DNA from: a bacterium
GTDB lineage: Bacteria > UBA8248 > JACPRG01 > G963555815
NCBI GenBank assembly: GCA_965261595.1
Contig: CBDHDG010000006.1
Coordinates: 1,408,001 to 1,472,000, forward strand
Reading direction: 5' to 3'
Length of the DNA: 64,000 nucleotides
Shown here: piece by piece, positions 31,292-40,034 of the stretch
Layout of the letters: each line of letters opens with the position of its first letter
Position numbering within the stretch: the stretch's first letter is position 1
Program-made: the position numbers and the translations under genes
Notes under the pieces: generated by a model
The model's input: only the letters and a program-made list of their open reading frames with translations
Databases searched by the model: none
What the model was told of the DNA's origin: nothing

Positions 31292-31496
31292 GGGCAGACC
31301 CCCAGAAAATCGAGGTTGACACGGGCTTGGGGATTTGCTACAAGGAGGGTCTGTGAGGTCCTCTCTTGTAGCAACGCCCCGGGGTTCCCTCGGGGCTTCC
31401 ACCCTTTGAAGTTCCATATACCACATGTAGTGGGTCGGATTCAATTTTCGAGGGACCACCATATCTTGTGTCTTACTGCGTCAAGGGCATAATCAC

Positions 31497-31778
31497 GCAT
31501 ACGACTCAGCTGGAAAGACGCGGCTTAGGCTCCGTGGGCAAGATGGCACTGTCAGAGCATATGACTCAGCTGGAGAGCAGCGGGTTAGGCTCTATGGGGG
31601 AAAGGGCCGTATCGAAGCATACGACTCAGCCGGGAAGCAGCGGGTTAGGCTCGATGGGTCAAAGGGCCGTATCGAAGCATACGACTCAGCCGGGAAGTGG
31701 CGGGTTAAGCTCTATGGGGAAACCGGAAAGATCTCTTTCAAAACTCTAAATGCCAGAGGAACGATTTCTCATCCCTAA
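31497..31778 (+). pseudogene. 3' fragment of a 20-aa repeat protein gene (four 60-bp tandem repeats, 31498-31737)
   Basis: Repeats translate as AYDSAGKxRVRLxGxKGRIE and end at TAA 31776-31778; 5' end replaced by the cassette. Confidence 0.7.
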
Positions 31779-32541
31779 TTGTTAGGAGACCACTTCCATA
31801 CCCGCTGGGCGAGAAGTATGGCGGGTTCCGGGACGTTCGGCTCAAAGCGGGTATCTTTCCAGCCCCGACCAGCTGCCGCACCGTGGCGCTGAGGTGTCCG
31901 GGCCGGCTGAAGATATTCCGAACGACGAACATTACGAGGGTGCCGATCTCATTTTCAATCGTGTGGGGAAAGACCTCGGCGCGGGCGATCTGGTGCATCA
32001 TGTTGAACCCGAGCATAATCACCTCCCAGACCTCATCATGCACGGCGCGCTGGAGCATTCGCTGCTCATGGTCATGGGGCGACGTCTCGGTGATCCCCAG
32101 GTGGCGGAATTTCCCCTTCTCCTTTTCCCTCAGCAAGACCGGCGCAATCTCGCGCAACGCGTGATCATAAGCCGAAGGGGACACACCGTGCAGTTGAAAT
32201 ATGTCAATGAAGTCGATGTCGAGTTGGCGCAGTGAGCTATCGAGGCTCTCGACCACCCGGGCGGGCCGAGAAGGGATGTCCGCGCGCGGGATCAATGCTT
32301 TGGTGGCGACCACAACGTCGTCACGGCGCACCGCCTTGATCGCTTTGCCGACGATGGCTTCCGTGCCGTAGACCGGCGCGGTGTCCAGCAGATTCACGCC
32401 CATATCCAACGCCTGCCGCACAAGCGCGACGGCTTCCGCCTCCGTCTTCCCTTTCGCCAGCCCCAAACGGCTGTTGCCGCCGCAGCCGAGACCGGCGACA
32501 CTCACGCGGAGTCCTGTTTTTCCAAGTGTGACGTACTCCAT
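31738..32541 (-). pseudogene. Aldo/keto reductase, C-terminus apparently truncated near 31845
   Basis: LGKTGLRVS..GLG, DTAPVYG, VATK, IDIFQLHG; the tail departs from the AKR pattern. Confidence 0.75.
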
Positions 32542-32665
32542 CCGGCGGAGTCACCCCATAGAATTATTCTGGATTTAGAATTCTGGAATTTTAACAGGAG
32601 TTGCACTCACCGACGCACAATTTGCATCAAGGAGGTTTTCGGGACCCGACGATGATGGGAGAGAA

Positions 32666-32744
32666 GGCGGGCAAGATGCCCGCCCTACCTGTTCTGAATA
32701 CACCGGATTTACACCGTTCGGCAGGCCGGGCATCCTGCCCGGCC
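32666..32744. repeat. Inverted pair of REP-like palindromes
   Basis: GGCGGGCAAGATGCCCGCC (32666-32684) and inverse GGCCGGGCATCCTGCCCGGCC (32724-32744). Confidence 0.7.
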
Positions 32745-32825
32745 GGAATGGGAAGATTCAGGCACGATCTGCAAAACCATTTACGAGACTCTACACGGGC
32801 ACCGGCCGAGTCGCGCGGGCCGGGC

Positions 32826-33329
32826 TCAAGCGCCGAGCTCCTCATCGAGGATTTCGTGGATGTAGCGCTCCAGCGAGACCGGGTAGAACTTGGCGTCGGG
32901 CGAGAGGATCACCCCGGTGTCGATGACCTCCATCCGCATCAATTCGTCCAGGGCGCGGTCGAGGTGCGACTTGGGGTCGGTGTTCACCTTCTGGATCTTC
33001 AGGTCGTCGTTCTCCAACTGGATTTGCGGCCGGGATGAATACAGGAAGCTGAATATCCGCCCGACCAGCATCCGGTCCATGACCTCGTTTTCCTCGAACA
33101 CCTCTCCGTAAGTCTGTTTCGATCCGCCGGGCGAGATCACCATCCGGGGGGAGACGCGGATCTTCCCCCGGACTTCGACGGACCGCTCGCTCCCGCCGGC
33201 CTCCGGCCCGGCGAGGATATACGGCAGGGTGTGATACCCGGAGATGATCCCGGAGAGCGGCTTCCGGATGACCTGGGTCTTCTCGAAAACGCTCTTCAGA
33301 TATTGCCGATCCAATCCGTCTTCAAACAT
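32826..33329 (-). CDS. Conserved-looking hypothetical protein
   Basis: 167-aa ORF with good codon usage; no family recognised. Confidence 0.75.
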   Translation of the reverse strand: MFEDGLDRQYLKSVFEKTQVIRKPLSGIISGYHTLPYILAGPEAGGSERSVEVRGKIRVSPRMVISPGGSKQTYGEVFEENEVMDRMLVGRIFSFLYSSRPQIQLENDDLKIQKVNTDPKSHLDRALDELMRMEVIDTGVILSPDAKFYPVSLERYIHEILDEELGA

Positions 33330-33398
33330 TCGCGCTCACCCGTTGAATCCTCTCAGATTGTCTTTATCCCGAGCCGCCGACCGCCGGCGCGGGAGAAC

Positions 33399-34704
33399 CT
33401 ATCCGCAAAGATCGTACGCCGCCAGGGCGTACCCCTTCGTGACTTTGGCCAGGTTGGCGACGTTCAGGCACTCCCCTTTGGCGCCGTCGTACATGGAGTA
33501 TACGCCCGCGGGGGTGACCCCCCCGGCCCCGTACGTGATGCTCGTACAACCGTATTCGGAGATCGGCCCCCGTCGCTCGAGACGGAATAGCGCGCCGGCT
33601 CCGGATAAAGAGGCTCCTTGCCGAACACCTCTTTATGGATCCCGTGCATCGTCTTGACCAGCTCGTGATCGGGCGAGGTCTCGTACCCGTTGCTCACCAT
33701 GTAGAAATCGACCTCGGCGTGCAGCTCGGGGTCCTTCTTCTCCAACCGGTCCAGATAACCCAGCAGGTCGTTCCGGACATCCACCGGCGTCACCCCCGGC
33801 AGGGTGGTGATGTGAACGTACAGCGTGCAGGAGGGCGCCGGGCAGAAGGAGGGTTTATAAGGGAGCCCCCCTCGATCGCGCCGATGCCGACGGAGACCAG
33901 CATGAAGGGATGCGGATGTCCGGCCCGGTATTCGGCCTCCCAACCCTTCAGGCCCTCACGGATCTTGACCATCTTCTCGATGGCGTCCACGCCCTTGTCC
34001 TTGCTGAAGGTGTGCTGGCCGACGCCTTCGGTCATGATTTTCGCGAAGATGTAACCGGTGTTGCCCATTTGAATCCGCATGCCGGTCGGCTCGCCGATGA
34101 TGGCCAGGTCCGCCACGCAGCCGTGGGCCATCAGAAACCGGGCGCCGCTGCCCCCGCCCCGGTAACCGATGCCCTGGTAATGGCTGACCGGGGCCTTTTC
34201 AATCTCCCCCACGACCCCCGTGATCAGGATGTCTCCGCTCAGCTCCGCCCCCGTCTCCATCAGGGCCTCGACGGCGCCGATGTAGCCGGCGAAGGCGTTC
34301 TTCATGTTGGAGGCCCCCAGGCCGTAAATCCAATCCCCCTGCCGGACCGCCCTGGATTGCTGGCCCGGAATCCTGTCGGCGTCGGTGGCCGAGGTGTCGA
34401 AATGGGCGTTGAACATCAGATTGCGGCCCCGGCCCCGGCCCCGGCCCTTGCCGCGCAGACGCGCGGTGACGTTGTTGCGTCCCGCCTCGACTTCCTGGAC
34501 ACTCACCTCCAGGCCGATGCGCTCGAACTCTTTGGCCAGGAAATCGGAGATTTTCGCTTCGCCGCCCGTCGGGCTGGGGATGTCGGTGAGCTGCTCGGTG
34601 ATCTCTCCGACCCGGGCCTTGCTGACGGCCTTGGCGATTCTCTGCCGGATCGACCCCTTGGCCGTTTTTCCCCGCTTCACGGCTGGACCCGCTTTCTTTG
34701 CCAT
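33399..34704 (-). CDS. M20/ArgE-DapE-family metallo-amidohydrolase, frameshifted near 33865 and 33570
   Basis: NAHFDT, YGLGASNMK, VGEIE, IIGEPT, SSDG across three frames. Confidence 0.8.
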
Positions 34705-34776
34705 TGGATTCCTCTCAGGCCTTGATTCCACAACCCGGCGCCGCGTCGGAATGAATCCGAACGACTCCCTCCCGGC

Positions 34777-35430
34777 TCACGGATCATAAACGATCATCTT
34801 CATGGGACTCGGATGATAACCGGTTCCCGGATTATTTTCCTGCGGACAGTTGGAGATGCCCGCGAGCACGTCCATCTCCGCCCGCAGGTCCGCGTAGTCG
34901 CCCGGGCGGGTCGGCGTCGGCCGGATCTCGAACGTCCCGTCGGGGTCGTAAGAGACATTCAGAAAAAAGGTGAACGCGGCCCCGTCGTCGATGCGCCCGC
35001 GCGTGAAGCCGTGGGGCTTCAGGGCGTTTTCCAGATTCTCGGCGCAGCTTCGGGTCCCCCGGACGCCGTAGCGGTTAAAATTGGCTTCCTCGCAACAGTA
35101 TCCCCCGCCCATGAAATGGACCCCCACGGTGTCCTCGACAATCGTGTACATGGGGTTGCAGTGGTTGGTGTAGAGGATGTGGCCTTTGGTGGGCTTCCAC
35201 GTCTTGTTGATGAAGTTGCTCCAAACGACCGACAGCTTTTCCTCGAAGGGGTCCGCCAGACTGAACGAGGCGTAGTCGAGCACCTGCACGCCCTCCAGGT
35301 CGATCACCCGGACACATTGACCTTTCTTCAAGGTGAGGTCGCAATATTCCCGGGCGGGAACTACGATCTCGCGGACCGCCTTTCCCGGAACCTCATGCGC
35401 CCGCTCCAGCCTCTCTTTGTCCTCTGGCAT
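34777..35430 (-). CDS. Urea-carboxylase-associated DUF1989-family protein
   Basis: IDLEG.QV.D, EDTVGVH, SCAENL, AEMDVL.GISNCPQ.NNP. Confidence 0.88.
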   Translation of the reverse strand: MPEDKERLERAHEVPGKAVREIVVPAREYCDLTLKKGQCVRVIDLEGVQVLDYASFSLADPFEEKLSVVWSNFINKTWKPTKGHILYTNHCNPMYTIVEDTVGVHFMGGGYCCEEANFNRYGVRGTRSCAENLENALKPHGFTRGRIDDGAAFTFFLNVSYDPDGTFEIRPTPTRPGDYADLRAEMDVLAGISNCPQENNPGTGYHPSPMKMIVYDP

Positions 35431-35585
35431 GGCCGACCCCTTCCAAGTCGTAAAACCAGCCGGGCCCCGTTGAACGTAAGCGGCCCGAGGTCACGGGATT
35501 CTCTTACATTCCGCCTCCGGGTTCAATCACCTCCGGACGCGCCGGGTTCCGCGCGGCAAGCCCGGGAAGATCAATGGGACAGCGC

Positions 35586-36284
35586 CTACGCCTCGCGAGC
35601 GCGAGGTGGAATCAATCCAACGGCCAAGGCGATCCGTCCCACCCGGCTCTCGGGGACAATCAGTGAATTCCGGCGGGACTCCCCCCCGGAGGCCAGAATG
35701 GCCGCCGCCTCCGAGGCGCATTCGACACCGCCCGCGTTCGGCGGATCGGAGACGGCTTGAAGCCGTTCCGGCGCAATCCACTCGAAAGGGAGGCGAGAAT
35801 TTTCGGCAAAAGCCGCCAGGGCGTCCTTCCCCGCGTCCGCTTCCGGCGCGGCCAGCCCGGCCGCCGATCCCGATGCCAATCCGGACTGGCGAAGCACCTG
35901 AGAAACGGCCCGTTCCACCTCATCCGCGGAAATCTCGCCCCCGCCCCCCCCTTCCCCCTCCGACTCAAAACCGAGGGTCAGATTCTTCGGGCGAATCACG
36001 GCGACGGGGAAACCAAGGTGTTTCAGGTCCTCATCGACGAGTCTATGCGTAACGAGAAACGCGGCCTCCCAGTTCCCCCCCCCCCGTTTCAGACCTTGAA
36101 TATCCTCCACCACATCGACCCGGCCCGTGGCGCCCGACAGGAGATCCCCCCGCGCCCCATACTCCGTGCAAAACCCGACGCGGCCGCCGGCCCGCAGGAC
36201 GGCTTCCGCCGAATGCACGGCGTCTTCATCTTCCATCCCCCATCCGAAATTCCGGGCCAGCGAGGCAAGCGTGACTTTATTCAT
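35586..36284 (-). CDS. CbiG-like cobalamin biosynthesis protein (mid and C-terminal domains only, possibly degenerate)
   Basis: RPKNL.LG, 'K.D.L..FAE...P', 'SEAAA.LAS.....LIV.......IALAV'. Confidence 0.6.
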   Translation of the reverse strand: MNKVTLASLARNFGWGMEDEDAVHSAEAVLRAGGRVGFCTEYGARGDLLSGATGRVDVVEDIQGLKRGGGNWEAAFLVTHRLVDEDLKHLGFPVAVIRPKNLTLGFESEGEGGGGGEISADEVERAVSQVLRQSGLASGSAAGLAAPEADAGKDALAAFAENSRLPFEWIAPERLQAVSDPPNAGGVECASEAAAILASGGESRRNSLIVPESRVGRIALAVGLIPPRAREA

Positions 36285-36677
36285 CGGGGGATTCGCTCAT
36301 CCAACCGGCGCGCATCCGGGCGCTCGATCCCGCAATTCCTTGAAAATGGGCGGTATCCTCCGCCCGGGAGGCGGCCGGAGGTTTGCCATTCGCGCTGATT
36401 GTCGATTCCATCATGGCCGTTTTTCCACTCCCAACAGGCTTTCGAGTTGAATATATCGGCGATCAGGAATCGAATCAAGAAAAGCCCCCTAAATTCCGCG
36501 TTCGCGGCGCTCCATCGGGGGTTGAGAAAAGACATATCCGGGCGTTTTCATTGACATCTTCATGATTTGTCACGACGATATAAATTGAATGGCGGCGGGG
36601 GTTGCCCGCCGAAACGATAAAACCGAATTCCGAATCCTGGATTTTCTTTTGCCGTCTTCAAACGGGGAGGCACCACA

Positions 36678-37427
36678 ATGAGCCGCAGGGTGCCCATCCA
36701 CTTCCTATGCGTTTTGGGGACGGCGACGTTGCTCGCCGCGGGCTGTGCACAGCAAACCGGGCCGGGCTCGGCCGGACCCGGTTCGAGCAGCTTCGAAGCG
36801 GCCGACACGCCCACGATGTGAATCCAGAGAGTCTCGGCAAAATTCAGAGGAAAAAAGGTCGCGGTCTTCCCCTTCATCAGCAAGGCCCTCTCCCAATACC
36901 GATTCCTCGGCAACGCCTCTTCGGATTACTTGCTCGAAATGCTTCAGGAGGCGGGGTTTCGAACGGTCGAGGGCGCCACAACCCCCGGCATGAAGCGGGT
37001 GATGGGCGAGCTTCGCTTCGGCCTCTCGGATATGGTGAGCAGCAAAACCGCGGTCGAGGCCGGACAACACCTCGGCACGGATTTCGTCTTCCTGGGCTCC
37101 GTCACCGATTTCAACATCGTGAAGGGAAAGAGCTCCAAGGGGATTTCATTCCGCGGCATCGGCGTCGGGGGAAGCTCCGAATCCATCACCTACACCGTTC
37201 AATCCGCCGGGCGATTCATCGACGTGAGAACCCGCGAGATCCTCGCCGCCACGACATCCACTTACCGAAAGAAGTTCAAGGCCTCCGGCGGACGCATCCA
37301 GACTCCTTGGGGGTCCATCGGGAGCTCGGAAAGCGTCAAAGTCATCAATGAGACCGGCGGACGGATTCTGCAACTGGGCCTCAACCGGATGATGAACAAG
37401 GTGGTCCGCAGGCTCAATTCGTTGTAA
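36678..37427 (+). pseudogene. CsgG/FlgO-like lipoprotein with in-frame TGA at 36819-36821
   Basis: RBS GGGGAGG, lipobox LAAGC; frame continues KVAVFPF...E..FGLS...G.D....GSVTDF...RFIDV.T.EI. Confidence 0.7.
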
Positions 37428-37509
37428 TCCATCCCATGGCAGGATGGACCCGTCACCTTGCTTTTCCCGGTGGAAGGTGCGTCCGAATTTTCGGAGGAAA
37501 GACAAGGCT

Positions 37510-37719
37510 ATGATTCGGAATCTTCGCTTCCTCCTCCTCGCGGGGACCGTGGGCTTTATGGCCGCGCTGACAGGCTGCGCCGCTCAAGGGGGAGGGGGGA
37601 CCTCCCTCAGCGAGCTCATCCAAAAGGAAAAGTTCAACCTGTCCGGCGAAAGCGAACAAACCCTCTATTCCATTTTTTTGAGCATTCGCGAATTGGAAGA
37701 CATCGACCGGCCTCAATGA
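37510..37719 (+). CDS. Short (probably truncated) lipoprotein
   Basis: Lipobox LTGC; RBS GGAGG. Confidence 0.55.
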   Translation: MIRNLRFLLLAGTVGFMAALTGCAAQGGGGTSLSELIQKEKFNLSGESEQTLYSIFLSIRELEDIDRPQ

Positions 37720-37814
37720 CTTCGCTCCGCGCCCGTCGCACGTCCCTCGCCTCCTTTCCTCCGTGAGCGGCGATCTCCCGGACGCTTCCCGTATCCAGTT
37801 GAGCTCATCGGGCG

Positions 37815-38147
37815 CTAACGCACGTAGCGAATCTCAAGCGTGACGCACCCCTCCTCCGTCCGGTAGGGGCCGTGCTTCATCCCCGGAGGCCGGCAGGCGT
37901 ACATTCCTTTCTTGAGATGCCGGTCGCCGTCCCACTGGCTGCCTTCGAGGATGTACACCTCTTCCCAGAAATCGTGGACGAACGTCTCGGTGCTCGCGGC
38001 CCCGGGGTCCGCCTTGAGCAGGCGGGTGATGAACATCTTCTCCGGCTCCTCGCTCAGGATCTTTTGGTTGTGGCCCGGCGGGGAGCCCTCGACGGGCGTC
38101 CATTCCAACTCCTCCACCGGAAAGAATTCTCGCTCGGTTTTCGGCAT
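37815..38147 (-). CDS. ChrR-like cupin domain protein
   Basis: HDFWEEVYILEG, YACRPPGMKHGP. Confidence 0.88.
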   Translation of the reverse strand: MPKTEREFFPVEELEWTPVEGSPPGHNQKILSEEPEKMFITRLLKADPGAASTETFVHDFWEEVYILEGSQWDGDRHLKKGMYACRPPGMKHGPYRTEEGCVTLEIRYVR

Positions 38148-38411
38148 GGCGGAAACTCCCTGACCAGTTGGCGTGAAATCCGCCGCGCCGCCTCAATCGG
38201 CGCCGTCGTCGGGCCGTTCGAAGCCGCGCGGCCATACATGAAAACGGAACCAGGAACGGAAAAACCAGCCTCAATGCCGGACCCGGACCCGACCTTGACT
38301 AAAACACCCTCGTCATCCGCGCCGTTTGATATGGAAAATGCGGGATGATAGACTTCAGTCGTTTTTCCACTTTTAACCTGACCAAAATAAACGATCAAGG
38401 GAAAAGCAGGA

Positions 38412-40034
38412 ATGGACTTCCCCCTCACCCTCCCTGAGATTCTCGAACAGCGGACGCGGCGGAACGCCGACAAGGTCTTCCTGCGGTTCTCCGATGAAAC
38501 GCTCACGTACGAGGATTTCGATCGGAAATCGAACCAGGCGGCGAACGTCCTTACAGACATGGGGGTGAAAAAGGGAGACCGGGTATGCCTGATGCTGGGC
38601 AACCGTCCGGAGTTCCTCTACCTTTGGTTCGGCCTGGCGAAAATCGGCGGGGTCCTGGTCCCCGTCAACACCGCCTTTAAAGGACAGGAAGCCGCTTACG
38701 TCATCAACCACTCCGAGGCGGCGGCGGTCTTCACCGAGTCCTCATTCGCGGAGGTCTTGGCGGGCGTCCAGTCCGAATGCCCCTCGGTCCGCCGATGGCT
38801 CGGCCTCGACACGGCCGGGGATGGCCGCTTCCTCCCTTACGCCGACCTCCTGGATGAAGCGGGGGAGGACGCCCCCGGGGTGAAAATCTCCGAGACCGAC
38901 CTTCTTTCCATCATCTACACCTCCGGGACGACGGGCCGGCCGAAAGGCGCGATGCACAGCCACAGGACGTATGTCCTGGCCGGTTGGGCGTTCACCCGGC
39001 GGATGGACCTGAATTCCACGGACACCGTTTTGGCCTTCATGCCTTTGTTTCACATCAACGCCCAGATCTACTCGGCCATGGGGACCCTGCTGGCCGAGGC
39101 CACGCTGGCCCTCCTCCCCCGGTTCAGTCTGAGCCGTTTCTGGGACGACGCCCGGCGCCACAAAGCAACAAAATTCAACTGTCCCGTCGCCGCCGGCCAC
39201 CTCCTGGCCAAGCGGCCGCCCTCGAACCGGGATCGGGACCACTCCTTGAAGATGGTGTTCATCGGCCCGCTCCGGGAGGACCTGGCGGAGGCATTCGAGA
39301 AACGCTTCGGCATCCTGCCCATCGACGGCTACGGGATGACCGAGTGTCCGAACATCTGCCAGAACCCCCATGACGGAGTCCGGAAGATCGGCAGCATGGG
39401 GACGCCGGCCGTCTTTCCGGATCCTTCCATTCCCCTGACGGAGATGAAGCTGGTGGACGGCGACAGCCGGGAGGCGCCGGTTGGGACCGTTCCGGTCGGG
39501 ACCGTTGGCGAAGTCGCGGTGCGGAGCCCGCTTCTCACGCTGGGCTATTACAAGGACCCGGATCGCACGGCCGAGGCCATGAAGGGCGGCTGGTTCCACA
39601 CCGGGGACAACGCCTACCGGGACGAGGACGGCTACTACTATTTTGTCGACAGGAAGAAGGACGTCATCCGCAGGCGCGGGGAGAACATCTCCTCGGCCGA
39701 GGTGGAGCTCGTCCTCTTCTCGCATCCCGACGTGACCGAAGCCGCCGTCATCCCGGTTCCGTCCGAGCTGGGCGAAGACGAGGTCAAGGCCTGCATCGTC
39801 CCGGCCGAGGGCGCGGATTTGAAGCCGGCGTCCATCGTGGAATGGTGCGAAGCCCGCCTGGCCAAATTCAAGGTTCCGCGATATATCGAATTCCGGGAAA
39901 GCCTCCCCAAAACCCCGACCCAGAAGGTGGAAAAGTACGTCCTGCGCCGGGAAAAGACCGACCTGACGGAAGGCTGCTGGGATCGGGAGCGGGCAAAGGG
40001 CCAAGACGCGCTCAACAGGGGTGACCGGCCGTGA
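38412..40034 (+). CDS. ATP-dependent acyl-CoA ligase (CaiC-like)
   Basis: YTSGTTGRPKG, YGMTE, WFHTGD, DRKKDVIRRRGENISS, LPKTPTQK. Confidence 0.93.
   Translation: MDFPLTLPEILEQRTRRNADKVFLRFSDETLTYEDFDRKSNQAANVLTDMGVKKGDRVCLMLGNRPEFLYLWFGLAKIGGVLVPVNTAFKGQEAAYVINHSEAAAVFTESSFAEVLAGVQSECPSVRRWLGLDTAGDGRFLPYADLLDEAGEDAPGVKISETDLLSIIYTSGTTGRPKGAMHSHRTYVLAGWAFTRRMDLNSTDTVLAFMPLFHINAQIYSAMGTLLAEATLALLPRFSLSRFWDDARRHKATKFNCPVAAGHLLAKRPPSNRDRDHSLKMVFIGPLREDLAEAFEKRFGILPIDGYGMTECPNICQNPHDGVRKIGSMGTPAVFPDPSIPLTEMKLVDGDSREAPVGTVPVGTVGEVAVRSPLLTLGYYKDPDRTAEAMKGGWFHTGDNAYRDEDGYYYFVDRKKDVIRRRGENISSAEVELVLFSHPDVTEAAVIPVPSELGEDEVKACIVPAEGADLKPASIVEWCEARLAKFKVPRYIEFRESLPKTPTQKVEKYVLRREKTDLTEGCWDRERAKGQDALNRGDRP

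Larger units (their letters stand above)
30540..31497. mobile_element. Non-autonomous IS1595-like cassette (MIC/MITE with cargo), 958 bp
   Basis: 37-bp inverted repeats CGTGATTATGCC(T/C)TTGACGCAGTAAGACACAAGATAT (1 mismatch) at 30540-30576 and 31461-31497; no transposase; low GC; genes truncated on both flanks. Confidence 0.75.

Noticed and set aside
31498..31737. 60-bp periodic repeats as a CRISPR array
   Set aside because: No unique spacers; whole units are similar and encode an open 20-aa repeat; no cas genes in the window
36819..36821. Selenocysteine in the CsgG-like lipoprotein
   Set aside because: TGA lies in a linker, not a Cys-type motif, and no convincing hairpin follows; more likely a nonsense change
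39477..39507. 15-bp duplication in the CoA ligase
   Set aside because: In frame (PVGTV twice) and likely neutral
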